Positions 8,889-18,668 of a DNA stretch of 31,494 bases are shown here, one piece after another. The stretch is taken from assembly GCA_019056805.1 (NCBI GenBank), contig DXJG01000006.1, positions 1 through 31,494 of the forward strand. The letters are read 5' to 3'. Below the pieces are notes generated by a model. That model ran no database searches. It was not told the origin of the DNA and saw only the letters and a list, made by a program, of their open reading frames with translations. Numbering within the stretch: the stretch's first letter is position 1; each line of letters opens with the position of its first letter. A program made the position numbers and the translations under genes. Source of the DNA: Candidatus Baldrarchaeota archaeon. GTDB taxonomy: Archaea > Asgardarchaeota > Baldrarchaeia > Baldrarchaeales > DXJG01.

Positions 8889-10217
8889 TTATTTTGTTTC
8901 TGGCATCTTTAGAACAATTAACAGAATACTGTATGCTATAGTCAAAGTGGCGACTAAATACGGTATATTAGGTCCAATAAATGAGTAAATTGCACCAGCT
9001 GCTAAGGTAGTAATACTAGCTGTTATGTTAATTATTAGTCCGATTACGGAATTTATTCGCCCTCGAAATTCTAAAGGAGTAAGATCTGTAGTTATTGCAT
9101 TAATAACAATGAACCAAATGGAAAAACCTATTGATGTTAAACTTACAGCAACCAAAGTCAAGATAAATGGATTAGCTGTTACATAAGGTGTTATAAAAAG
9201 AAGGAAATCACCAAATAATTGGGAAATAGCAGAAACTATGATAACAGGTTTTCGACCAATTTTATCAATAAAAAATCCAGAGGGCAAAGTAACGAGGATG
9301 CCAAGAAAATTACTTACTATGAAAATGTAACCCCAAGTGATTTCATCGATTCCAAGAAAATAGACAGAATAATAAGCTGTAAGAAAGCTCATCGAGGCTG
9401 CTACACTAATAACAACATCTATTAGAAGAAGATATTTCAAATTTTCCTTTATGAAGTTTAAAGCTTTCTTATATCCTTCTTTAAACGATAATTGCTTATT
9501 TTCTAACGATTCTTCTCTAAGCAACGTTTCTTTAAGAAATACTGCCCTAATTATAACAACAGTCATACCGCTAAAGAAAGTTAAAAGATAGGCAAGCCTA
9601 ATTGCTGGGACCAGTGTATATCGAGAGATCAAGTAAATAGCTAAAGCGGGTGAAAACGATGCTATAATACTCGGCAAGAAATTATATAGTGAAAATATTT
9701 TTCCACGTTTTTCTTTTGGTGTAGAATCTGACATTAAACTCCATAAAGCTGGTTGATACATCAAAGCAACGCTTGATAAAAATGCGCCAATAACAAGCCA
9801 AGTCCAATCTGGTGAAAAAGCATAAATCAAATATGATGAACTAACTAATGCAGTCATATAAACAACGATTTTCTTTCTGCCGTATTTATCTGCTACATAA
9901 CCTCCTATAAGTCTTGAAAAGCCAAGAGTTATTGTTGAAACAAAAGAAATCACTGCAAGAATTACAGGAGTAGCCCCTAATTCTTTTGCATATAATTGAA
10001 AGTAAGGATGAGTCATATATTGAAAAGGTGCCCAAATAACCCAACTTAGAACCAGACCAAAAACATTCCACTTATAAATTCTTCTAAGATGTTCTTCGTA
10101 GTGTTCATCGAATTCTTTCATAGCCCTTGTTAAATTAAATATGCTTAAAAATATTTTGCGTCTTACTCTTCTCCCAAATTTAACAAAGCTTTGCAACACA
10201 CCACTTAAAAACTTCAT
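8889..10217 (-). CDS. MFS transporter located between cofD and cofC
   Basis: 442 aa; GGYVADKYGRKKIVVYM, LPSGFFIDKIGRKPVIIVS, about 12 hydrophobic segments. Confidence 0.85.
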   Translation of the reverse strand: MKFLSGVLQSFVKFGRRVRRKIFLSIFNLTRAMKEFDEHYEEHLRRIYKWNVFGLVLSWVIWAPFQYMTHPYFQLYAKELGATPVILAVISFVSTITLGFSRLIGGYVADKYGRKKIVVYMTALVSSSYLIYAFSPDWTWLVIGAFLSSVALMYQPALWSLMSDSTPKEKRGKIFSLYNFLPSIIASFSPALAIYLISRYTLVPAIRLAYLLTFFSGMTVVIIRAVFLKETLLREESLENKQLSFKEGYKKALNFIKENLKYLLLIDVVISVAASMSFLTAYYSVYFLGIDEITWGYIFIVSNFLGILVTLPSGFFIDKIGRKPVIIVSAISQLFGDFLLFITPYVTANPFILTLVAVSLTSIGFSIWFIVINAITTDLTPLEFRGRINSVIGLIINITASITTLAAGAIYSFIGPNIPYLVATLTIAYSILLIVLKMPETK

Positions 10218-10230
10218 ATAAATAAAATTG

Positions 10231-11157
10231 TTAGAGACTCAAACAGTTTAGAGCTTCTTTTGCAAGTCTTATTTTGTCTTCGAGTGTTTTCATTATGGTG
10301 TTGGTTACGGAAACTTTTATTCCAAGTTCCTCTATTCTATATTTCAAGTCTTTATCAACGTTATCTATAATTAAAACATCAATAATGTCTTTATACACTT
10401 TAGCTACACCGACCGCTGATACTTCGATTCCTAATCCTCGCATTAATTTGTCAGCTGGACCTTTTATAGGTGCTCCACCTACAATGGGACTTATAGCAAC
10501 AATTTTTGCTTCTGTTTTCTTCATAGCTTCTTTTACACCTTTAACAGACAATATTGGGCCTATACTTACAATGGGGTTACTTGGACAAATAATAATTCCA
10601 TCGGCATTCAATATAGACTCTATTACTCCGGGAGCTGGTTCAGCTTTTTCTATACCCTCAAATTTTACATCCAAAACAGGGTCCTGGGCCTTTCTTTTAA
10701 CCAAATATTCTTGGAAATGCATCTCACCAACGTTAGTAACTATCTTTGTTTGCACTCTATCATTTGTCATAGGAATTATTTTCACCTTAACTCCCAAGGT
10801 TTTTCGAATATTCTCCGTAACTTCTGACAGTTTCAACCCTTTTTTCAACAATATTGTTCTATGGATATGAGTTGCTAAGTCTTTATCTCCAAGCATAAAC
10901 CATGTTTCATAGCCATACTTTCTAAGCATATCTAAACAGTTGAAAGTATCTTCACGGATCCCCCAACCTTTTTCTTGATCAACAATGTTTGCAAGAGTAT
11001 AGGTAACTATATCAACGTCAGGAGAAATATGTAGTCCATAAAACTCGATATCATCTGCAGTATTAACTATTGTAACTATTTCTTCAGGTGGAACAACATG
11101 AACTAGTCCTTGTAGAAATCTTGCAGCTCCAACTCCTCCAGCTAATGTAGTTATCAT
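10231..11157 (-). CDS. cofD: 2-phospho-L-lactate transferase (coenzyme F420 biosynthesis)
   Basis: 308 aa; MITTLAGGVGAARFLQGL, IVNTADDIEFYGLHISPDVDIVTYTLANIVDQEKGWGI, GDKDLATHIHRT, ICPSNPIVSIGPIL. Confidence 0.95.
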   Translation of the reverse strand: MITTLAGGVGAARFLQGLVHVVPPEEIVTIVNTADDIEFYGLHISPDVDIVTYTLANIVDQEKGWGIREDTFNCLDMLRKYGYETWFMLGDKDLATHIHRTILLKKGLKLSEVTENIRKTLGVKVKIIPMTNDRVQTKIVTNVGEMHFQEYLVKRKAQDPVLDVKFEGIEKAEPAPGVIESILNADGIIICPSNPIVSIGPILSVKGVKEAMKKTEAKIVAISPIVGGAPIKGPADKLMRGLGIEVSAVGVAKVYKDIIDVLIIDNVDKDLKYRIEELGIKVSVTNTIMKTLEDKIRLAKEALNCLSL

Positions 11158-11775
11158 TTACCATCCCTCCCAATGTAAAATTTCTTCAATAGGCTTTCTA
11201 GGTGGAGGTAAAGGCTGTTCATCCGGGTAACCCACTTCTATTAATGCTTGAGGTTCCACGTCTTCTGGAATATTTAAAACCTTCCTAACTATTTTCTTTG
11301 CGAAGAGAGGAGCACATCTCCAACATGCACCCAACCCTTCAACATACGCAGCTAGCAATAGGTTTTGAATCGCCGCCGCAACACTTTGAACAGCCATAAC
11401 ATACTCCGCCTTTTGTCTCCTTTCGTCAGGATATTTATCCATATCGCGCATAGTTAAACAAGCAATTATTAAGACCGGTGCACTAATCATTCTCCTAATA
11501 GAGGTTTTAACCCTTTTCTCACATTCCTGTTTTGAAAAACCATTAGCCAAAAGATCTTCCCTAAATTTTTCACCCATACTTATTGCAAGCCTTTCTTTTA
11601 CTTCACGACTTCTTATTATGATAAAATGCCACGGCTGAGCATTATGAGCTGATGGTGCCCATATAGCCGCTTTAATCAGCCTTAACAAAACTTCTTTTTC
11701 AACAGGCTTATCTTTAAACTTCCTAACGGTTCTCCTGTTCTCAATTACTCTATAAAAATATTCAATGTCCTCCAT
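11158..11775 (-). CDS. Nitroreductase-family oxidoreductase, directly upstream of cofD
   Basis: 205 aa; FYRVIENRRTVRKFKDKPVEKEVLLRLIKAAIWAPSAHNAQPWHFIIIRS, AAIQNLLLAAYVEGLGACW; the stop abuts the cofD start. Confidence 0.88.
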   Translation of the reverse strand: MEDIEYFYRVIENRRTVRKFKDKPVEKEVLLRLIKAAIWAPSAHNAQPWHFIIIRSREVKERLAISMGEKFREDLLANGFSKQECEKRVKTSIRRMISAPVLIIACLTMRDMDKYPDERRQKAEYVMAVQSVAAAIQNLLLAAYVEGLGACWRCAPLFAKKIVRKVLNIPEDVEPQALIEVGYPDEQPLPPPRKPIEEILHWEGW

Positions 11776-12047
11776 GAACCATCATCCCTTCGTATGTAGT
11801 TCTGTTCAATAACTAACTACTTGAAACTTTAGCTAAGCTTAAATTTAAAAGATACGGAAAATAAAACTGTAAAACTGGAGAGATAAAAATTCACATATTT
11901 GTATCTAAAAAAACTCGGAGATTTCATTAATATTAGTCTTGGTTCTTAACATAAAATATTCCTATCTAAAGCTTTTAATACAAATTTAATGTATTAACAG
12001 TATTTTGTCGGAAAATTTATTAGAAAGTTAAGAAACCAATTTATCAC

Positions 12048-12590
12048 ATGAGTGTCCACAGAACGATGGGTACTATAGGATTTATTTTGTCAGCTATTGT
12101 GGATCTCTTAGTCTTAGGCAAAATAACAATATTACATGCGCTTCTCGTATACCCTGTAAACATTATATGTCGATCTGTTAGCTGGGTAACCTTAGGTAGA
12201 GCTTTTAAGAAGGGCTTTTACAAATTGACAGGATTAATCGTACTAATATTAGGCATATTTGTTTTTCTGATGTACACAGTAATAGGAAGGGTTCTGGGAG
12301 CCTTAGAGACGGTTATTCTTATGGTCCTATTGTTATGGATAATATATTCCCTTTTTGAATTCGCATCCTACCACAAGCTCAGGAATTTCACCAAGAAGTT
12401 TAGTCTTGCCAGAATAAGTCTTATAGGAATAATACTAATTACAATTGGAATACTTAGCCAACTTGAACAACCTATGGAACAATGGATATCAGGACCCGTA
12501 ACCCTTGGTTTCCTGTTCCTCGTCGTATCCTCCGTCCTAGCGGCTTCGGGTTTTAGAAAGCTTCCAACAAAGCTAGAAGTGTCAACCTAA
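12048..12590 (+). CDS. Hypothetical multi-pass membrane protein
   Basis: 180 aa with about five hydrophobic segments; no family recognised. Confidence 0.5.
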   Translation: MSVHRTMGTIGFILSAIVDLLVLGKITILHALLVYPVNIICRSVSWVTLGRAFKKGFYKLTGLIVLILGIFVFLMYTVIGRVLGALETVILMVLLLWIIYSLFEFASYHKLRNFTKKFSLARISLIGIILITIGILSQLEQPMEQWISGPVTLGFLFLVVSSVLAASGFRKLPTKLEVST

Positions 12591-12684
12591 CAATCGATTA
12601 AACGAAATAAATGAATTAACAGTAAAAAATAATTTACCATGAAATTAAACTATTAGTCAGTAGTAACGTGTTTGAACTGTTATG

Positions 12685-13242
12685 TTATTTTTTGATGTTT
12701 ATTAGCATTTCTTTTACATATTCGACGTTTAGTACGAGTGATACTATTATGGCGGAGATTATGACTTCTATGAAAGCCTTTCCAACGATTTGCAGCGCAA
12801 TAAAGATCAAGCTTAATTGAAATGGAGCTCCACCAACGATAACAGCCCAGAAAACGACCACTAGAATTATGTATGGTGCTTCAACGATTTCCCCAATTAT
12901 TGCGCAGAGTACTGGCCAAAAACTTGGTTTTCTTTCCATAACTCTAAGCTTCTTTGCAACAATACCTGTTACTCCTGCCAATATAGCGTTTCCAATGGGT
13001 ATAAAAGGTCCTGCTCCACCGTAGGACCAGATGGTATATGCCATGATTAGTGAACCTATAGCTCCAGTTATTGCTCCTTCTAAAGGTCCAAGTCCTACTG
13101 CTAGGAGAAAATAGGGAAACTGAACTACCTGAAACACTATTGGAACTGGTCCAGGTATAACTATCCTGAAAAACGATAGAACATTGCTGAGAGCCGCCAT
13201 TATTGCTATCAAAGATAATGTTTTAACATTTAGTTTTTCCAT
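12685..13242 (-). CDS. ECF transporter S-component-like membrane protein
   Basis: 185 aa; NVKTLSLIAIMAALSNVLSFFRIVIPGPVPIVFQVVQFPYFLLAVGLGPLEGAITGAIGSLI is typical of small-molecule-binding ECF S components; substrate unknown. Confidence 0.6.
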   Translation of the reverse strand: MEKLNVKTLSLIAIMAALSNVLSFFRIVIPGPVPIVFQVVQFPYFLLAVGLGPLEGAITGAIGSLIMAYTIWSYGGAGPFIPIGNAILAGVTGIVAKKLRVMERKPSFWPVLCAIIGEIVEAPYIILVVVFWAVIVGGAPFQLSLIFIALQIVGKAFIEVIISAIIVSLVLNVEYVKEMLINIKK

Positions 13243-13438
13243 GTTAATTCACCTTTCCCCGGAGATTTGAGGTAACACTTCCTCTCAACCTTTAGCTTTA
13301 AATTTTACTACTCAATTTTGAGAAACTTCGATAAATGGACCAGCGTCAATTCATGTTTTATAATGTTTGTAGAGAAGAGTTAAATTCTGTAAATGTAACC
13401 ATAGTATTGTATTATTAACAATAGCTTGGAGGAATTAC

Positions 13439-13900
13439 ATGAGTGTTGAGGAAAAGCTAAAAGCTATGGGTTTAAGTTTACCTAAACCGCCTAAACCTGT
13501 TGCCGCCTATATACCCGCAGTTAAAACTGGAAATCTAATTTTTATCTCTGGGCAAATCCCTGTTGTTAACGGTGAGCTAAAATACAAAGGAAAAGTTGGT
13601 CAAGGTCTCAGTATCGAGGATGGCTATGAAGCCGCTAAAATCTGTGTTCTAAATGCTCTAAGTATAGTAAAAGATATGGTTGGAAGTTTAGATAAGGTTA
13701 AACGAATTGTAAGAGTTGTGGGTTATGTTAACTGTTCAGACGACTTTGAAGAGCCACATAAAGTTGTTAACGGAGCTTCTGAGCTTCTTGTAGAAATTTT
13801 CGGTGAAAAGGGTAGACATGCTAGACTAGCACTAGGTACAAATACATTGCCTCTTGGAGCCACCATAGAATTAGAAATGATTGTCGAAGTAGAAGAATAA
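13439..13900 (+). CDS. ridA: RidA/YjgF/YER057c/UK114-family enamine/imine deaminase
   Basis: 153 aa; PVAAYIPAVKTGNLIFISGQIPVVNGELKYKGKVG, ALSIVKDMVGSLDKVKRIVRVVGYVNC, RLALGTNTLPLGATIELEMIVEV. Confidence 0.88.
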   Translation: MSVEEKLKAMGLSLPKPPKPVAAYIPAVKTGNLIFISGQIPVVNGELKYKGKVGQGLSIEDGYEAAKICVLNALSIVKDMVGSLDKVKRIVRVVGYVNCSDDFEEPHKVVNGASELLVEIFGEKGRHARLALGTNTLPLGATIELEMIVEVEE

Positions 13901-13990
13901 TTGCACAATATAGTCGTTCCTAATGTATTAACGAATTTCCATTATATTCACTAACAACTAAACTAAAGAATTAAAAATATACGGGGAGAG

Positions 13991-15175
13991 GTGTCTTCTC
14001 TGAAAAATTCTAATCTTTTAAATTTTCTAATCTCTCTGATAAAAACACCAAGTCTATCTGGACAGGAAGAAAAGGTAGCAAAAATAGTCTTTAGGGAAAT
14101 GAAAAACTTAGAGTATGATGAAGTGTTTACCGATGAACTTGGAAGTGTCATCGGCATCATAAACAGCAAAAGAGGTAAAGTAATCTGCTTTAATGGTCAC
14201 ATGGATCATGTCCCTGAAGGTGATTTAAACAACTGGAAATATCATCCGTATAGCGGAACGATCGATGGAGATTACTTATATGGACGTGGAACAGTTGACA
14301 TGAAAAGTGCACTTGCAAGCATGATCTATGCAGCAGCAAAAGCCCGAGACAATGAACTATTAAACGGAAGAATTATTGTCGCAGCTGTTGTTTTCGAGGA
14401 GTTGCAAGAAGGAATTGCTATGAAAAACATAGTTGAAAATCACAACATAAATCCTGATGTCGTAATTTTAGGTGAACCAACAAATCTTAACTTAGCGATA
14501 GGACATAGAGGTCGAGTAGAAATAGAAATTACAATACATGGGAAAACAAGCCACGCAAGCATGCCTGAACTAGGTGACAACGCAGTTTTCAAAGCACTAC
14601 CACTCTTACAAGTTTTGAAGAATATTAATAAAGAAATGCCAGAACACCCCGTTTTAGGAAAAGAAACCTTAGCCTTAACCAAAATAATTTCAGAGCCACC
14701 AGAAGGACCAATAATACCTGACAAGTGTAAAATATTTTTAGACAGAAGAATATCAGTATTATCAACAAAAGAAGAAATTCTCTTGGAAACACAGAAAATT
14801 TTAGATTCCATCTCAGACAAATTATCAAAAAATGATGTAGAGTATAAAATTATAGAAACAGAGTTAAAATGCTACACAGGCTACACTCTAAAGACAGAAA
14901 GATTCTTCTACAAATGGATACTAGATAAAGAAAACCCTATAGTTAAAAGGGCAATCAAAGCATTAAAAGAAATAGAATTATCACCAAAAATAATGATATG
15001 GCGTTTCGGAACAGACGGTTCCTACACAGCTGGAGAAAAAGGAATTCCAACCATAGGATTTGGCCCTGGAGACGAAAAATTAGCACATCAACCGAATGAA
15101 CGAATTTCAATAAAGGATGTATACAAAGCGGTAAATGGCTATATCTCGCTAGCAAAAAATCTGTTAAAGACGTAA
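13991..15175 (+). CDS. M20-family peptidase/deacylase, YgeY-like metal-dependent hydrolase
   Basis: 394 aa; GHMDHVPEGD, LYGRGTVDMKSALASMIYAA, VILGEPTNLNLAIGHRGRVEIEITIHGKTSHASMPELGDNAVFKALPLLQ, FGTDGSYTAGEKGIPTIGFGPGDEKLAHQPNE. Confidence 0.85.
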   Translation: MSSLKNSNLLNFLISLIKTPSLSGQEEKVAKIVFREMKNLEYDEVFTDELGSVIGIINSKRGKVICFNGHMDHVPEGDLNNWKYHPYSGTIDGDYLYGRGTVDMKSALASMIYAAAKARDNELLNGRIIVAAVVFEELQEGIAMKNIVENHNINPDVVILGEPTNLNLAIGHRGRVEIEITIHGKTSHASMPELGDNAVFKALPLLQVLKNINKEMPEHPVLGKETLALTKIISEPPEGPIIPDKCKIFLDRRISVLSTKEEILLETQKILDSISDKLSKNDVEYKIIETELKCYTGYTLKTERFFYKWILDKENPIVKRAIKALKEIELSPKIMIWRFGTDGSYTAGEKGIPTIGFGPGDEKLAHQPNERISIKDVYKAVNGYISLAKNLLKT

Positions 15176-15220
15176 AAAGCAAACTATCTATGTCATGAAA
15201 TTGGAGGTAAAGGAGGTAGG

Positions 15221-16192
15221 TTGATGTATCTTGTTCCAACGTTTAAAGATGTGTTAAATGCTAAAAAGATAGTTTCTAAGCATCTTATTAGAACACCGCT
15301 TCTATATTCTAAGCAGCTTTCAAGAATGCTTGAATGTGATGCATATGTTAAATGTGAAAATGTTCAGATCACTGGAGCATTTAAAGTTAGGGGAGGAGTT
15401 AATTTAATTTCTAAGTTATCGGATGAAGAGAAACGTAAAGGTGTAATTGCCGTCTCAACTGGAAATCACGGCTTATCAGTTGCTTATGCAGCCTCACTTT
15501 TCGATGTAGATGCAACGATAGTTATGCCTGAAAAAGCTAATCCATTTAAAGTTCAAGCCATAAAAGATCTAGGAGCCAAAGTAGTTTTCCATGGAAAAGA
15601 CTATGATGAAGCAAAAGAATGGACCGAAAAAGAAGCTGTCAAGAAGGGTTATCGATACATACATTCAGGAAACGAACCATATCTAATAGCAGGTGTAGGA
15701 ACACTATACCTAGAAATACTTGAAGATTTGCCAGATGTAGATGTAATAATAGTTCCAGTAGGTGGAGGAAGCGGAGCTTCAGCAGCATGTATAGTAGCTA
15801 AAACAATAAACCCAAAAATAAAGGTTATAGGGGTTCAGTCAAGCGGGGCACCAGCAGTTTACCTCTCTTGGAAAAACAAGAAAACCGTGAAAATGGACAA
15901 AATAAATACCTTTGCAGAGGGTCTGGCTACAAGAGCCCCCTTCGAACTGACACTAGACATCATGTGGAAGTACTTAGACGATATGATTCTCGTGGAAGAC
16001 GAAGAAATAGCTAAGGCAATAATATTACTGCTTAAAACAATTCATCAAGTAGCTGAAGGAGCCGGTGCAGCCGCAACAGCAGCAGCCCTAAAACTCAAAG
16101 AACAAATAAAAGGAAAAAAGGTAGCATTAATTCTAAGCGGAGGCAACATATCCTTCGACAAGCTAAAAGAAATAATCACAAAATACAGCTAA
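15221..16192 (+). CDS. PLP-dependent threonine/serine dehydratase-like protein (fold type II)
   Basis: 323 aa; VKCENVQITGAFKVRGGVNLI (PLP lysine), VSTGNHGLSVAYAA, VPVGGGSGASAA, LILSGGNIS. Confidence 0.88.
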   Translation: MMYLVPTFKDVLNAKKIVSKHLIRTPLLYSKQLSRMLECDAYVKCENVQITGAFKVRGGVNLISKLSDEEKRKGVIAVSTGNHGLSVAYAASLFDVDATIVMPEKANPFKVQAIKDLGAKVVFHGKDYDEAKEWTEKEAVKKGYRYIHSGNEPYLIAGVGTLYLEILEDLPDVDVIIVPVGGGSGASAACIVAKTINPKIKVIGVQSSGAPAVYLSWKNKKTVKMDKINTFAEGLATRAPFELTLDIMWKYLDDMILVEDEEIAKAIILLLKTIHQVAEGAGAAATAAALKLKEQIKGKKVALILSGGNISFDKLKEIITKYS

Positions 16193-16213
16193 CTAAAACA
16201 GAATACACCAAGG

Positions 16214-16369
16214 ATGCGAGAGATAGTAATTGCGAATTCATTTATTGCTCCTTTAATCTACGCACTTCTAGTAGAAGCTTTAACACTTCTAGCTTTTCCA
16301 ATAAATGGTCTAATGACATTTCTTATAATAGCAACAATAGGAGCATACATCACATTCTCTAAGCACTAA
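16214..16369 (+). CDS. Possible small two-helix membrane protein (51 aa)
   Basis: Translation MREIVIANSFIAPLIYALLVEALTLLAFPINGLMTFLIIATIGAYITFSKH read directly; not in the supplied ORF track, co-oriented between the dehydratase and the P-ATPase gene. Confidence 0.3.
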   Translation: MREIVIANSFIAPLIYALLVEALTLLAFPINGLMTFLIIATIGAYITFSKH

Positions 16370-16512
16370 AATAAAAATAAATACGACAATATTTTTTCCA
16401 ATATTAATTATTATTAAATTAAAAGAAAGTAGGAAGACATTGGAAGCTTTTAAATATCTTTTGGAATAAAATCTGATTTACCAAGCTTAAATTTCGTGTA
16501 GGAGGTGGGAAG

Positions 16513-18558
16513 ATGCATGAAAAACATTCCAAAAAAGAACATATGAATCATGAACACCATTTGCATAAACATGAGGAAATTACGGCTCAACCTAAACCAC
16601 ATGCCCATCGTGATCATCATGCTCATATGGCTGAAGAATTCAAGAAAAAATTCTGGATATCACTTATCCTAACTATTCCAATACTTATTCTCTCACCAAT
16701 GATACAATCCCTAATGGGCATACAAATAAGATTTCTAGGAGACATGTACCTACTTTTTGCTCTCTCGAGTATAATATATCTATATGGGGGATTACCTTTT
16801 CTCAAGGGAATGGTCGACGAGTTACGTAAGAAAAGTCCAGGAATGATGACCCTAGTTGCAGTAGCAATCACCACCGCCTATGCATATAGTAGTGTTGTTG
16901 TCTTCGGATTGCAAGGAAAAGTATTCTTTTGGGAGCTAGCAACACTAATCGATATCATGCTTCTCGGTCACTGGATTGAAATGCGCTCCGTACTTGGGGC
17001 ATCCAAAGCACTAGAAGAAATGGTTAAACTGATGCCATCAGAAGCTCACCTCTTAATGGAAGATGGTTCAACAATGGACGTACCGATTGAGAAAATAAAG
17101 CCTGGTGACCGCGTACTAGTTAAACCCGGAGAAAAAATACCCGTAGATGGCATTGTAATTCAAGGACGTACAACCGTTGATGAAAGTATGTTAACGGGTG
17201 AATCAAAGCCTGTTGAAAAGAATGAAGGCGATACTGTCATTGGCGGAGCAATAAATAATGAGGGATCAATAATTGTTGAAGTTCAGAAAACTGGTGCTGA
17301 AACATATCTTTCACAAGTAATTGAACTTGTTAGAGAAGCTCAGGAAACTCGTTCAAAGACTCAAGATTTAGCGAATAGGGCTGCATTCTGGTTAACAATA
17401 ATTGCTCTGGGAGGAGGAGCAATCACTTTCTTAACGTGGATTCTAACAGGGAAAGATGTTGCATTTGCATTGGAGCGCGCTGTCACTGTAATGGTTATTG
17501 CTTGTCCTCATGCATTAGGCCTTGCAATTCCACTAGCTGTAGCAGTTTCAACATCTTTGGCTGCTAAAAACGGTTTACTTATTCGAGAACGTAGTGCTTT
17601 TGAACGTGCTAGAAATTTACAAGCAGTTGTATTCGATAAAACTGGAACACTAACCGAAGGTAGATTTGGTGTAACAGATATTATTTCCCTTTCTGGCAAA
17701 GATGAGAATGAAGTTTTAAGTCTTGCAGCTTCCTTAGAATCACGTTCCGAACATCCAATCGCTCTAGGAATTGTTCAAAAAGCTCAAGAAAGAAATTTAC
17801 CACTTAGAGAAGTAACCGATTTCAAAGCTATTACAGGGAGAGGCATAGAAGGAAAAGTAGATGGAAAGATCGTGAGGGTTGTTAGTCCAAGTTATCTAAA
17901 GGAAAATAATATAAAAATCAGTGATGAAAGGGTTGAAAAAGTTTTCAAGCAAGGAAAAACTGTCGTATTTGTTTTAGAAGACAATCAGGTCATCGGAGCA
18001 ATAGCATTAGCGGATATTATACGTAAGGAATCTAGAGAAGCTATTCAAAAACTAAAAGAAATGGGATTAAAATGCATGATGCTTACTGGTGACAACAAAT
18101 ATGTTGCAAAATGGGTAGCAGAAGAATTAGGTCTAGATGACTATTTTGCTGAAGTACTTCCCCACGAAAAAGCAGCGGTTATTCGAAAAATACAGGAACG
18201 TGGCTTAATAGTAGCGATGGTTGGAGACGGAATAAATGATGCTCCCGCCCTAGCACAAGCAGATATAGGAATTGCAATCGGTGCTGGAACTGATGTAGCT
18301 ATAGAAACAGCAGATATAATCTTAGTTCGCAATGATCCTAGAGATGTAGTTGCAATCATTGGTCTCGCGAAAGCAACCTACAAGAAAATGATTCAAAACC
18401 TACTTTGGGCAACAGGATACAATGCCATCGCAATTCCACTCGCAGCAGGTATCCTCTATGGAATTGGAATACTCTTAACTCCAGCAATAGGCGCTATACT
18501 AATGTCTTTAAGCACATTTATCGTTTCCGTCAACGCACGACTACTTTCCCTGGGATAA
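16513..18558 (+). CDS. copB: Heavy-metal P-type ATPase, CopB-like (P1B-3, CPH motif), His-rich N-terminus
   Basis: 681 aa; [16 protein letters not shown] (CPH), [12 protein letters not shown] phosphorylation site, [70 protein letters not shown]; N-terminus [22 protein letters not shown]...[10 protein letters not shown]. Confidence 0.93.
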   Translation: MHEKHSKKEHMNHEHHLHKHEEITAQPKPHAHRDHHAHMAEEFKKKFWISLILTIPILILSPMIQSLMGIQIRFLGDMYLLFALSSIIYLYGGLPFLKGMVDELRKKSPGMMTLVAVAITTAYAYSSVVVFGLQGKVFFWELATLIDIMLLGHWIEMRSVLGASKALEEMVKLMPSEAHLLMEDGSTMDVPIEKIKPGDRVLVKPGEKIPVDGIVIQGRTTVDESMLTGESKPVEKNEGDTVIGGAINNEGSIIVEVQKTGAETYLSQVIELVREAQETRSKTQDLANRAAFWLTIIALGGGAITFLTWILTGKDVAFALERAVTVMVIACPHALGLAIPLAVAVSTSLAAKNGLLIRERSAFERARNLQAVVFDKTGTLTEGRFGVTDIISLSGKDENEVLSLAASLESRSEHPIALGIVQKAQERNLPLREVTDFKAITGRGIEGKVDGKIVRVVSPSYLKENNIKISDERVEKVFKQGKTVVFVLEDNQVIGAIALADIIRKESREAIQKLKEMGLKCMMLTGDNKYVAKWVAEELGLDDYFAEVLPHEKAAVIRKIQERGLIVAMVGDGINDAPALAQADIGIAIGAGTDVAIETADIILVRNDPRDVVAIIGLAKATYKKMIQNLLWATGYNAIAIPLAAGILYGIGILLTPAIGAILMSLSTFIVSVNARLLSLG

Positions 18559-18668
18559 CAATTTCATTATTTCATTGTTTCCGGAGTTTTTCTTTTGTTA
18601 GCAGATCTACGGTTTATCTCATTTTCCCATTTATTCTTGACAACTTAAAAAAATAAGTGAAATAGGAA

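Noticed and set aside
3373-10217. Possible duplication linking the two MFS genes (3373-4716 and 8889-10217)
   Set aside because: They share only generic MFS loop motifs by eye, with no long shared segments; no support for a recent duplication.
10274-10870. 198-aa ORF on the + strand, antisense to cofD
   Set aside because: Lies entirely within the confidently identified cofD on the opposite strand; its Ser/Ile/Phe-rich composition is a complement of coding sequence.
14440-14820. 126-aa antisense ORF in the YgeY-like hydrolase gene
   Set aside because: Nested opposite a confident CDS with no domain similarity recognised.
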